Positions 35,914-46,196 of a stretch of 64,000 nucleotides of DNA are shown piece after piece. A program made the position numbers and the translations under genes. How positions within the stretch are numbered: position 1 is the first letter of the stretch; each line of letters starts with the position of its first letter. The notes under the pieces are model-generated. The model ran no database searches and was not told the origin of the DNA. It worked only from the letters and a program-made list of their open reading frames with translations. The stretch comes from an uncultured Acidobacteriota bacterium (lineage in GTDB: Bacteria; Acidobacteriota; Terriglobia; Terriglobales; Acidobacteriaceae). The stretch lies in the NCBI GenBank assembly GCA_963839975.1, contig CAWIXA010000002.1, positions 565,949 through 629,948 on the forward strand. The letters run 5' to 3'.

Positions 35914-37569
35914 TTAGGCGATCCTAGCCGATGCGCGCAGGGCGGCTGGGGTCATGACCTCGGGCTCATCACCGATAATCTCTTCATCCGTATCTGTTTC
36001 CTGCAATTCGACTTCCTCTTCGTTCAATTCTGCCCCGGCGGGGAGTAATTCAGCCTCGGCCACTTCCGCGGCTTCCCTGCCCTCGATTACGTTTAGCTGG
36101 TTCAGCAGACGATGCAGGTAGCAGCGGCTGATTCCCAGCTCGCGCGCGGCTTTCAACTTGTTTCCATTATGCATCGCGAGGGCGGAGCGGACTAGTTCAC
36201 GCTTGAATCCCTTAACCGCCTCGTGGAAGGAGCCGCGAGGCAAGTCGTCGGAGACGCTGAAGCCTTGCAACTCGGGCGGGAGGTCGTCCACGCCAAGGCG
36301 CTCATTGCCGTTGGCCAGGACGATGCTACGCTCGATCACGTTTTGCAGCTCGCGGACGTTGCCGGGCCAGGCATGGCGAGCCAGGGCGCCGAGGTATCCG
36401 GGGGTCATGTTGCGCTGGCCTTTCTTGTGGGCCTTGGCAAACACGCGCAGGAAGTATTCGGCCAACAGAGGAATATCTTCGGCGCGGTCGCGCAAGGTGG
36501 GCATCTGGACCTTGACTACGGAAATACGGAAATAGAGGTCTTCGCGGAACGTGCCTTCGCGAACCATTTGCTCCAGATTGCGGTTGGTGGCGCAGATTAC
36601 GCGGACATCCACGGGGCGGGGGACGTTGGAACCCAGGCGCTCGACTACGCGCTCCTGCAAAGCTCGCAGCAGCTTGGCTTGCAGAGGAAGCGCAAGGTCG
36701 CCGATTTCGTCGATGAAAATGGTGCCGCCGCTGGCTTCTTCGAAGCGTCCGCGACGGACCTGGCTGGCGCCGGTGAAGGCACCCTTCTCGTGGCCGAACA
36801 GTTCGTCGTCGATCAGGGTGTCGGGGAATGAGCAGACCGAAAAGGCCACAAAGGGCTTGTCAACGCGGGCGCTCATGCGGTGGATGGCGTTGGCTACAAC
36901 TTCTTTGCCGGTGCCGCTCTCGCCTGTGATCAGGACGGTGGTGTACACGCCGGCGACTTTGCGGATGACCTCGCAGACGCGGGCCATGGGCTTGCTGTTT
37001 CCGAGGAGGCCCTCGACGCGATTGCTGCTCGAAAGAATCCGTTGCGCAGCCGCGAGGTCGCGGGCCATTTGGGCGCGACGGCAGGCACGGTTGATGGCAA
37101 AGCGGAGTTCCTGAACGTCGAGTGGCTGTTCAAGGAAATCAACCGCGCCGTCCTGAAAAAGTTCGAGGGCGGAGCGGGAATGCTTGACCCATCCAAAACT
37201 GATGATGGGAATGGCGAACGGAAGATCGGAGACTGCGCGCAAAAGGGCACGATGAGACTGTGCGCTGCCGTTGCCGTTACCATTGCCATTGCCGTAGTCG
37301 AGGTTGAGCAGGACAACATCGGCGTCGGGATCGGCTTGGCCGATCTCGATCAGCGCCGCCTGCGGACTGGTGACTTGGCGGATGCTGTAGCCTTCGTCCG
37401 CGAGAACTTCTCCCAAGACGTTGCCGAAGGCTTCGTCCGGATCAACTAACAGGACGCGCTTGGTTCTATCCAAAACAGGACTGACCAAATACTTACCCCT
37501 TCCCGCATCGGGCGCTACGTAACTCGAAAAATCGATGGTCTTGCGGAGGAGGCGATGCGACTGCGACAA
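35914..37569 (-). CDS. Sigma-54-dependent transcriptional activator (NtrC-family bEBP) with a degenerate receiver domain
   Basis: The AAA+ core shows VLITGESGTGKEVVANAIH, GAFTGA, GGTIFIDEIGDL and RVICATNRNL. The C-terminal Fis-type HTH is AARELGISRCYLHRLLNQL. The N-terminal receiver-like domain carries a GNGNGNGNG insertion. Confidence 0.95.
   Translation of the reverse strand: MSQSHRLLRKTIDFSSYVAPDAGRGKYLVSPVLDRTKRVLLVDPDEAFGNVLGEVLADEGYSIRQVTSPQAALIEIGQADPDADVVLLNLDYGNGNGNGNGSAQSHRALLRAVSDLPFAIPIISFGWVKHSRSALELFQDGAVDFLEQPLDVQELRFAINRACRRAQMARDLAAAQRILSSSNRVEGLLGNSKPMARVCEVIRKVAGVYTTVLITGESGTGKEVVANAIHRMSARVDKPFVAFSVCSFPDTLIDDELFGHEKGAFTGASQVRRGRFEEASGGTIFIDEIGDLALPLQAKLLRALQERVVERLGSNVPRPVDVRVICATNRNLEQMVREGTFREDLYFRISVVKVQMPTLRDRAEDIPLLAEYFLRVFAKAHKKGQRNMTPGYLGALARHAWPGNVRELQNVIERSIVLANGNERLGVDDLPPELQGFSVSDDLPRGSFHEAVKGFKRELVRSALAMHNGNKLKAARELGISRCYLHRLLNQLNVIEGREAAEVAEAELLPAGAELNEEEVELQETDTDEEIIGDEPEVMTPAALRASARIA
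37267..37293 (-). repeat. Short coding tandem repeat (GGYAAY)x4 encoding GNGNGNGNG
   Basis: The plus strand reads gccgttgccgttaccattgccattgcc. It lies inside the receiver domain of the sigma-54 activator, right after the position where the phospho-acceptor Asp is expected. Confidence 0.8.
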
Positions 37570-37888
37570 CCGTAATCACTTGTTTACAGCGAAAAGCCCT
37601 CAACATTCACAAACCCGCATAAAGTAAAGCATGGCGAGGATAATACAGAACATCTTTAGGGGCAATAGAGATGCCAAAAAAAGATGCTGAAAGTTGTTGC
37701 AAACAGGCCCAGCCGTCTGGGGGCGGCTGGGGCAGGAGTGTAAACTCTTGCATACAAGTCCTAGCCCACTGTAGCTAATGGAACTCTCACCGATGAGCGG
37801 AAAGTGAAGAAGAGGGCTCCGTCCGAGCGAGTGTGTCCGATTTGACACTTGCTCCATCCGCTCAGGTAAATCATGCTTTTGGGGTGGA

Positions 37889-39526
37889 ATGGCAATTGCT
37901 GGAACCCGGTTACCGGATACCCGAATGATTTCCACCACACCTACCGAAGTGGTTAACCCCCAGGCTACCGTCGCGGAAGCGGTGGTCGGCGATCCCATGG
38001 ACTTTGGGTCGGGGCCGCGAGGCTGGCTGCGGGCGGGAACATCTTTCCTCGCCGTCCTGACCCTGGTGATGATCGGGATTCAGTACATCTACTCCATGTA
38101 CAAGCCGGACATGAACGATCCGGATATCTGGTGGCACATGCGGAACGCGCAGTATTTGTTCCAGCATCATCAGTTTCCGCGTTTCGACATGTTTTCGTTT
38201 ACGGTGGCTGGGCATCCGTGGATTAACCACGAGTGGCTGAGCGAAGTGCCCTACTATCTTGCGTACCGGGCGTTTGGGCTTGTCGGATTGAAGTCACTTA
38301 CTTTCTTTGTCTTGGACGCAATATTTCTTCTCTTGCTTTACCTCAGCTACCAGGAAAGCCGGAACTTCAAGGCATCGTTCGTGGCGTGCTGTTATTCGAC
38401 GTTCTTGGCCACGGTTTCGTTCGGGCCCCGCACCATTCTTTTCGGCTATGTGTACATGGTGATCTTGCTGATCATCCTGCAGAGGTTTCGCCAGCGCGGA
38501 CAGGCGCCGCTGTGGGCGATCCCAGTGCTGTTCTGCTTGTGGGCGAACACTCACGGGTCGTGGTCGCTGGGGCTGATTCTGTTTTTTCTGATCGCGGCTT
38601 CGGGCTTAGTCGGCGGCACCTGGGGACGAATTGAATCAGTGCACTGGACGCCGCCGCAACTCCGCCAGCTGGTCATCACAGGCTTGGCTTCAATCGCGGC
38701 GTTGTTTGTGAATCCCTTTGGGTGGCGGCTGGTCTATTACCCGTTTGACCTCGCGTTCAAGCAGAAGCTGAACATCACGTCATGTGGCGGAATGGGTATC
38801 GGTGGACTTCCACGACTTGCGCGGCAAGATGGTCCTGATACTCATTCTGGGCCTGCTAGTCAGCGCATTGATTCGGAATCGGCGCTGGAATCTCGGCGAA
38901 GTGTTGGTACTGCTGTTCGGAATCTACAGCGGATTGACCTACATCCGGTTTCTGGTTCTGCTCGGGTATAGTGGCCGCGCCGTTGGTGGCGAGCGCGCTG
39001 GATTTCATTCCCCGGTATCGGCCGCTGGACGACACTCCACGGGTCAATACGGCGGTGATTCTGTTGATGCTGGGCCTGATGGCGTACTTCTGGCCGCGCG
39101 AGGCGAAAGTTGAGAAATCGGTGGCGGAGAGTTATCCCGCGGGAATAATTCCGTATTTGAAGGCGAATCCACCACAAGGGAACGTACTGAATTTTTATTT
39201 GTGGGGTGGATACTTGGGCTGGCACGATCCTGACATGAAGGATTTTGTGGACAGCCGCGTGGATATTTTCGAGTACGAGGGCGTGCTGAAGGACTATCTG
39301 GATTTGCTTGGCGTGGACAATCTCGGACCACAAGCCGGATGCGTTGCTGAACAAGTATAAAATCCAGTACGTGCTCTTCCCTCCCAGCGACAGCGCCAAC
39401 CCCCTTCACGTAGGAGGGCAATTAGTGTACGTTTTGGAACACGACCCGGCTTGGAAGACGTTGTACAAAGATAAGGTCTGCATCCTGCTGGAGCGGCAAA
39501 CTCCGGCAGCCTCCTCTGGCCACTGA
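37889..39526 (+). pseudogene. GT-C-like polytopic membrane protein broken by about 3 frameshifts
   Basis: Four successive ORFs in different frames read as one protein: 37889..38971, 38784..39113, 38971..39360 and 39308..39526. Segments are ...DPDIWWHMRNAQYLF..., VYYPFDLAFKQKLNI / EWVSVDFHDLRGKMVLILILGLL..., / APLVASALDFIPRY...DYLDLLGVD / KPDALLNKYKIQYVLFPPS. Confidence 0.6.
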
Positions 39527-39554
39527 GAAGGAAGTATGTTTTTTCGCAGTCATC

Positions 39555-40005
39555 TTGGATAAGTTGATCTACCCGGTCATCGCGGTGGTGCTACTGGCGA
39601 TCATCTCCTATCGGCCGAAGTATCACCTTCGCGCCGACATGCCTGCAGCGATTTTTCTCGGAGAGCAAATTCCGCTCCGGGCCAGAAGCACGGACTGGAA
39701 CAGAGAATCGCGTCGGCATACTGGGAAAGCGCGCAGATGGATGTGCAGTGGAAGTATCCATATTCGCATCCGTTGCCGCCGGATCCGCCGCCGGAGTTCA
39801 AAATTGATGCTCCGGCGCTGGGCGCGGGTCGCGTCCGATCCAGCGACACAGAGCACTTTACTGGCATCGGTTGCAGCAGGTCTGGTATTCGCCGGAGACG
39901 TGGAACAAAGAGTACGAGTGGGATTGGAACTGGGCCAGCGACCCACTGGCCAACGCCGGCCAGTGGATCCGCGACAGCGTCGGCAAGCTGTTCACGGTTC
40001 ACTAG
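39555..40005 (+). pseudogene. Small membrane-anchored protein, at least 2 frameshifts
   Basis: Frame 0 gives MDKLIYPVIAVVLLAIISYRP (TM). Frame 2 gives LEQRIASAYWESAQMDVQWKYPYSHPLPPDPPPEFKID. Frame 1 gives ALYWHRLQQVWYSPETWNKEYEWDWNWASDPLANAGQWIRDSVGKLFTVH and a stop at 40003..40005. Confidence 0.35.
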
Positions 40006-40017
40006 CGGTTTTGCGGC

Positions 40018-41153
40018 CTACGGGATTGAAGTGACTACGTCAGCCAAAGTCTCGGCGGCGTACACGACTTGCTCGCGGCTCATTTCCGGAAACAGCGGCA
40101 TGCTGAGCACTTCTGCGCAGGCTGTTTCAGTGTGCGGAAGACTGCCGGTTTGTATCCCAGATGCGAGTAGGCCTTTTGGAGATGAACCGGCACCGGATAA
40201 TGCACCGCGGTTTGCACTCCTCTGCGTGCATAGTTCTTCCCTGACGGCGTCACGATTCTGCACCCACGGGGTAAACAAGTGATAGACGCTTTCACATTCT
40301 GGGTCGGTCTGTCGGGAATCCGAATATTGACTTCCGGCAAGACGTTCGCGATAGAGCTTGGCAAATTCCTGCCGCTTGGCGGTCCAGCGATCCAAATATT
40401 TTAGTTTGACGTTGAGCACCGCGCCCTGGAAGCCGTCCATGCGGTAGTTGTAGCCGATGCGGTCGTGAAAGTAGCGCTTCGCTTCGCCGTGACTGCGCAT
40501 CTCGCGGGCAAATTGCGCGACCGCGTCGTCGTTGGTGGTGAGCGCTCCGCCTTCACCGTAGGCACCGAGGTTCTTTGCCGGGATAAAAACTGAACGCTGC
40601 GGCATGCCCGAAGCCTGCCGACTCGCTTGCCGCGGTATCGCGCGCCGTGGGCCTGACAGGCGTCTTCAATCACGATCAAGCTTGTGGCGTTTGGCGATCT
40701 CAAGGATCGCATCCAAATCTGCAGGTCGGCCATAAAGATGAACCGGAACGATCGCCTTGGTCCGTTCTGGTTATCGCGCGCTCGATCAACGCATGGATCA
40801 AGATTGGCGGTGGCAGGATCAATATCAATAAATACCGGAGTCGCGCCGGTGTAAGCAAATCGCCTCGGCGGTGGCGATGAAGGTGTTCGCGGTGGTGATC
40901 ACCTCATCGACCGGGGCCGATACCTGCGCGACAGCAAGCGCAAGATGCAGGGCACTGGTACCTGAATTGAGCGCCACGCAGTGCTTGGTCTCGCAATAAG
41001 CTGGCGAACGACTCCTCAAATCTTGGTTACTTCTTCTCCCAAGATAAATGAGGCGTTCTGACACACGCGATCGATGGCGGCGCAGATTTCGCCGCGCAGT
41101 TCCGCGTATTGGGCCTTCAGATCAAAGTATGGAACGTTCATGCGACTCATCAT
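40018..41153 (-). pseudogene. DegT/DnrJ/EryC1/StrS-family sugar aminotransferase, heavily frameshifted
   Basis: Fragments lie in at least 4 frame segments. They are MSRMNVPYFDLKAQYAELRGEI (start 41141-41153), [55 protein letters not shown]...HDRIGYNYRMDGFQGAVLNVKLKYLD, HYPVPVHLQKAY and SMPLFPEMSREQV. Confidence 0.8.
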
Positions 41154-41274
41154 TATCTCTTACGCAAGACAAAATCGTCTGCAGCAATGCGGCAAACTTA
41201 AAGATTGTTCACTTCTTGGTACCTACTTCTCTCCCGAGTTCGGGTAGATTTAGGAAGATGGTATCCGTCGCTGA

Positions 41275-43036
41275 ATGCTTCTCATCATCGAATGCGGCCT
41301 AGTCGTACTCGCGCTGATAGCGGCGTTTGCCTGTCCGCGATGGGGAGCGGGATGGTTCGAATCGTCTGGAGCGCAATTTCGCTCGACTCTCACGAAGGCG
41401 AACGCTTTCGGTCGTGATTGTCGGCGCGACGGCACTTGGCCTGCGACTCTTGCTTGTTGCCCATCTTACCGATCCCGGATCCAGCGATTCACGATGAGTT
41501 CAGTTATCTGCTCGCCGCTGACACATTCGCGCATGGACGTTTGACCAATCCCACGCACCCGATGTGGATACATTTTGAAACCTTCCACGAGATCCAACAG
41601 CCTACATATGCGTCTATGTACTATCCGGCGCAGGGACTGTTTCTTGCTTTTGGCCAAGTCGTGTTCGGGCATCCTTTTTGGGGAGTGTGGCTGAGCACCG
41701 GACTGATGTGCGCCGCGATCTGCTGGATGCTGCAAGGCTGGCTGGCTCCGCCTTGGGCACTGCTCGGGCGGAATGCTGGCAGTGATCCGGCTCGGCACAT
41801 TCAGTTATTGGATGAATAGTTATTGGGGAGGATCGGTCGCTGCGCTGGGCGGAGCGCTGGTGCTCGGGGCTCTGCCCCAGGATCAAACGTCATCGACGCG
41901 TGCGCGATGCGTTGTTGATGGGCGTCGGCTTCGCGATTGTGGCCAACAGCCGTCCTTATGAAGGACTTTTTCTTCGCGGTTCCGGTCATTGCCGCGCTTC
42001 TTTGGTCGATGCGAAAGCCGAAACGCAGAACGGTCAGCGGATTTCTCTGACGCGGATCATTCTTCCTTTGAGTGCGGTGCTCTTAATGACCGCGGCTTGG
42101 CCATGGGCTACTACTTCTGGCGAGTGACGGGTAACCCATTTCGCACGCCGTTCCAGGTCAACGTCGCGACTTACAGTCCGGTACCGTACTTTCCCTGGCA
42201 GTCGATGAAAGCCGATCCCTGAGTATCACCATTGCGGTGATGCGGGTCTTCTACCTGGGCTGGTGGATGCGGCAGTATGAATTTGGACGGACGCATCCGT
42301 TGCTCTTGTTTCTGCTCAAGAATTGCATTTTCTGGCTTTTCTTTCTGGGACCGTTACTCAGCCTGCCGGTGTTCGCCGTGTGCTTCGTACTACCCTACGG
42401 CATTTCGTTTCGGCAGTTCGGCAGCCGCACTCAGCTGCTCATGTTGGTCTGCGGTTCGGTGCTGTTTGGCGCCTTGCTGCCGGTTTATTTTAACCCTCAC
42501 TACGTTGCTCCTATTACCTGCGCGATCTACGCGCTGATATTGATTGCCCTGAGGAACGTGCGACGATGGAAGCCACGAGGCAAGCCCGCTGGGGTAGCAA
42601 TCGTTCGGTCGGTGCCGCTGATCGCCGTGTTGATGCTGGTTCTGTGCGCGGCCGGTGATTCGAGACAGCAAGGTTCCGCAGTTGGCGACCTGGTACTCAC
42701 CGATCGTTGTGAATTCCTATCGCGCCGGAATCATTGCTCAACTTTCGCAACAACCCGGACAGCACCTGGTGATTGTGCGTTATCGTCCAGACCACGTGCC
42801 CGGTCACGGAATGGGTGTTCAACTCCGCGGATATTGATCGCGCGAAGATTGTCTGGGCACGCGACATGGGCCCAGATCAAAACTCGGAATTGATCCGCTA
42901 CTTTAATCAACGCAAGGTCTGGACAGTAGAGCCCGATTACCTGCCGCCGAAGCTTAGTGAGTACAATCCAGGAGGCGTTTGGGACGAGAAAGAAAGCGGC
43001 GATCACCCGCTAGCCTTCGGAAACGGATCTCGTTAG
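41275..43036 (+). pseudogene. P-family membrane protein, copy P1, with at least 8 frameshifts
   Basis: Pieces in ORFs 41275.., 41418.., 41773.., 41900.., 41989.., 42237.., 42655.. and 42773.. reconstruct a full-length homologue of 60409..62106. Examples are [87 protein letters not shown] and EWVFNSADIDRAKIVWARDMG. Confidence 0.8.
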
Positions 43037-44304
43037 GAGTTCTTTGGATCGTGCGAGTGAAATCGGACCGCGCAGAATCAGCGCCCGTCGAGAGCACACG
43101 CTTGCGCAGCCTTGAGGTCATCCTCGGATTACTGCCGTTGATTCTGGGCTTGCAACTCCTGATTTGGATTGTGTATCTCCCAGCTGCCTTGCGAGGCAAT
43201 GCCGATTTTCGAGCGTACTACTCGGCTGGATACTTAGTGCGATCAGGGCACGCAAATCAACTCTATGATTTCGAGTTGCAGAGGACGGTTCAGAACAATG
43301 TAATTTCGCACTCGACGACTCTGCTTCCATTTATCCACCCACCTCATGAATCCCTGCTTTTCGTTCCGTTTGCATTTTTCCAATATCGCACCGCTTACTG
43401 GTGGTTCTTGGGACTAAATTTGATTTGTATTCTTGTTTGTTACGAATTGCTGCGGCGAAGACTTTGGCGCCTTCACTCCCTGTGGCGGTGGTTACCACTG
43501 CTGCTAATTGTCGGCTTTGCGCCCGTCGCCGCTGCGCTCATGCAAGGCCAGGACTCGCTCATCGTTTTCCTGTTGCTCGCGGCCGCGCTGGCGAATCTGG
43601 AGCGAGGCTGGGACCTAATCGCGGGCATCTTGCTCGGTTTAGGTATTTTCAGGTTCCAGATCGTGCTCCCAATCGCGTTCTTTTTTGTTGTCTGGCGGAG
43701 ATGGCGGTTCCTGGGTGGGTTCTGCATCTCGGCCATCCCTGCATTGGCGCTGTCTGTTTTGGTGGCGGGAACGGCCGGACTGAAGCTGTACATGAGCCTG
43801 CTATTCGATCTCAGCGTCAAACTGACTCCAGCGGGGCAGGCCCTCTATGGCGTGCCCGTTAGCCGGATGCCAAACCTCCGCGGGTTCCTGTTTTCGGTTT
43901 TGCATTTGCAGTCGAGCCACACAATGCTCGCTCTCACTCTCATCCTGTCGTTATTAGTTGTGGTGCTCGGGGGGTGGGCGGGGCGCAACGCTCCTCCCGT
44001 TTGGCAACTCTCCATCGCGATCTCGGCGTCCGTGATTGTTGGATACCACGTTTTAACTCACGACCTCAGCATCTTGCTAATCCCGATGGCGATGCTCCTG
44101 GACCGACAGATCCCCAGAGGCCTGTGGAATATACCGATGGTGTGGCTTTCTACCCCGCTGTGCTTTTTTGCCTACGATTATGTGGTCGCGCTGCCGGTGC
44201 TGTGGTTGTTTGGAGTTCTCGTATCGCAGTGCTGGCGCACCACGACCGACAATACCAGCCCGCCGAAAAATCATTCATCTGTCCCTAAGAGCCAATATTC
44301 TTAA
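42979..44304 (+). CDS. GT87/DUF2029-like polytopic membrane glycosyltransferase (copy a)
   Basis: The ORF is 441 aa. Motifs are GNADFRAYYSAGYLVRSGHANQLYDF and FIHPPHESLLFVPF, with about 10 TM segments. It is a paralogue of 55455..56705 and 62096..63370. The true start may be GTG 43051, just after AGGAG at 43035. Confidence 0.7.
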   Translation: MGRERKRRSPASLRKRISLGVLWIVRVKSDRAESAPVESTRLRSLEVILGLLPLILGLQLLIWIVYLPAALRGNADFRAYYSAGYLVRSGHANQLYDFELQRTVQNNVISHSTTLLPFIHPPHESLLFVPFAFFQYRTAYWWFLGLNLICILVCYELLRRRLWRLHSLWRWLPLLLIVGFAPVAAALMQGQDSLIVFLLLAAALANLERGWDLIAGILLGLGIFRFQIVLPIAFFFVVWRRWRFLGGFCISAIPALALSVLVAGTAGLKLYMSLLFDLSVKLTPAGQALYGVPVSRMPNLRGFLFSVLHLQSSHTMLALTLILSLLVVVLGGWAGRNAPPVWQLSIAISASVIVGYHVLTHDLSILLIPMAMLLDRQIPRGLWNIPMVWLSTPLCFFAYDYVVALPVLWLFGVLVSQCWRTTTDNTSPPKNHSSVPKSQYS

Positions 44305-44528
44305 AAGAGACCTTGTTAACGTCGTTCATCCTGGAGTGGAGGCTGAATCGAGGTGCGCTGTCTCCACTCATTCACGAGGAACGCCCTAACTGAATGCTGC
44401 TGATTGAGTTATGCCTGACGGTGTTGACTTTACCAATGGCATTTCTCGCTTCTCGCCTCGGGGAGTAATGGTTCACACCCATTGAGCGTTGCGTCTCGCG
44501 TTTCGCCGCGCGCCGCAGGCTGGCGGTT

Positions 44529-46112
44529 TTGACTGTTTTTCTTCTCGCCCTAGCTGCGCGCGTCGCAGTGCTGCCTATCGAGCCCATCCCGCAGCCAGCC
44601 GTCCACGATGAGTTCAGCTATCTGCTTATGGCTGACACTTTCGCACACGGACGTGTCACCAATCCCGCTCATCCGATGTGGGTTCACTTTGAAACATTCC
44701 ACGTCAATCAGCTGCCGACCTACAGTTCCATGTACTACCCCGCTCAGGGTTTGTTTCTAGCGCTTGGCCAAGTGGTCCTCGGACATCCGTTCTGGGGAGT
44801 GTGGTTGAGTGTGGGTTTGATGTGTGCAATTTTCTGCTGGGCGCTCCAGGGGTGGATGCCGCCGGGCTGGGCTTTCCTCGGAGGCATTCTCGCGATCATC
44901 CGCCTCGGCACGTTCAGTTATTGGGCGAATAGCTACTGGGGAGGCGCAGTCGCCGCCATCGGAGGAGCACTGGTGCTGGGAGCTTTTCCGAGAATTAAAC
45001 GCCATCGGCGAATTCGCGATGCTTTGATCCTGGGCCTGGGCCTGGCGATTCTTGGAAATAGCCGTCCGTATGAGAGCGTGTTCTATTCGGCACCGATACT
45101 GATTGCCCTCGGGTTGTTCATCTTTCGATCGAACGATCGCGCAGCGTATGCGCGGCGCGCCTTGCTGCCGCTCGGGATCGTCCTGGTGATCGCTCTTTCA
45201 GCAATGGGTTACTACTTCTGGCGATGCACCGGGTCTCCGTTTCGGACCCCATACATGCTGAATATGCGAAGCTACCAAGCTGCCCCGCATTTCCCATGGC
45301 AAGCAATCAAATCCGAGGTTGCCTATCACCATCCAATGATGGAAAAATTCTACCGGGGCTGGGCAATCCAGCAATACCAAGATGTACGTAACGCTCCGGT
45401 GGTCAGCCTGTTCGCTCGAGGACTAAAGGGCGCATCGTTTTTCAGCGGCCCAATTCTTCTGCTTCCATGGCTTGTCCTTGTCGCAATTCTCCCTTACGGG
45501 ATGTCTTTTCGTCAGTTGGGACCCAAGACAGGTCTTTTGGTGAAAATCTGTCTTAGCGCAATCATGGGACTGGCACTGCCGGTTTGGGCAGCACCGCACT
45601 ACGCGGCTCCTCTTTGCTGTGCATTTTACGCACTCGAACTTCAAGCGATTCGGCGGGTTCGCTACTGGGACTTAAATGGCAAGCGAAAGGGACGATTCAT
45701 CACCCGCTACCTGGTTGTCGCTTGTTTTTTCTTGCTGGCGCTCAGAGCGTTTGCGGGAGTTGTGCGCATTCCATTCAATAGCGAACTCGCTCCCGTTTGG
45801 TACGCGGGACGCGATGAAAACGCCAACCGGGCAGAAATATCGAGCTGGCTTGACAGGCAACCCGGCTTACATCTGGTGATAGTGCGATACGACACCAACC
45901 ACAATTCCCTTGAGGAATGGGTTTACAACGGCGCCGATATCGACGCCTCCAAAGTCGTCTGGGCGAGAGACATGGGCGAGGCCAGGAACCAGGAACTCAT
46001 CCGCTATTTCAAAAGTCGCAAGGTCTGGCTATTGGAACCAGATCTCATGCCGCCGAAACTCTCGGTCTATCCAGTGACCCAAGCCGCGAGTGAACGGACA
46101 CCGATGAGATAG
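44529..46112 (+). CDS. P-family membrane protein, copy P2 (N-terminal 45 codons cut off by an in-frame TAA)
   Basis: The track ORF starts at TTG 44529. The same frame upstream from ATG 44394 encodes MLLIELCLTVLTLPMAFLASRLGE-TAA-WFTPIERCVSRFAARRRLAV. This aligns with the N-termini of the other copies. Family motifs are [25 protein letters not shown] and HLVIVRYDTNHNSLEEWVYNGADIDASKVVWARDMG. Confidence 0.8.
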   Translation: MTVFLLALAARVAVLPIEPIPQPAVHDEFSYLLMADTFAHGRVTNPAHPMWVHFETFHVNQLPTYSSMYYPAQGLFLALGQVVLGHPFWGVWLSVGLMCAIFCWALQGWMPPGWAFLGGILAIIRLGTFSYWANSYWGGAVAAIGGALVLGAFPRIKRHRRIRDALILGLGLAILGNSRPYESVFYSAPILIALGLFIFRSNDRAAYARRALLPLGIVLVIALSAMGYYFWRCTGSPFRTPYMLNMRSYQAAPHFPWQAIKSEVAYHHPMMEKFYRGWAIQQYQDVRNAPVVSLFARGLKGASFFSGPILLLPWLVLVAILPYGMSFRQLGPKTGLLVKICLSAIMGLALPVWAAPHYAAPLCCAFYALELQAIRRVRYWDLNGKRKGRFITRYLVVACFFLLALRAFAGVVRIPFNSELAPVWYAGRDENANRAEISSWLDRQPGLHLVIVRYDTNHNSLEEWVYNGADIDASKVVWARDMGEARNQELIRYFKSRKVWLLEPDLMPPKLSVYPVTQAASERTPMR

Positions 46113-46196
46113 CAAAGCAGTTTTGACGAGTCCATGTCACGGTCACGGACTCCGGAAGGAAATGGCATCAGATTGGCCCTGGATGCAACGTCTCAA

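Noticed and set aside
37708-37731. An 8-bp GC-rich hairpin, CCCAGCCG-N8-CGGCTGGG.
   Set aside because: It sits in a divergent promoter region with no upstream gene to terminate and no adjacent T-run. I could not assign a function.
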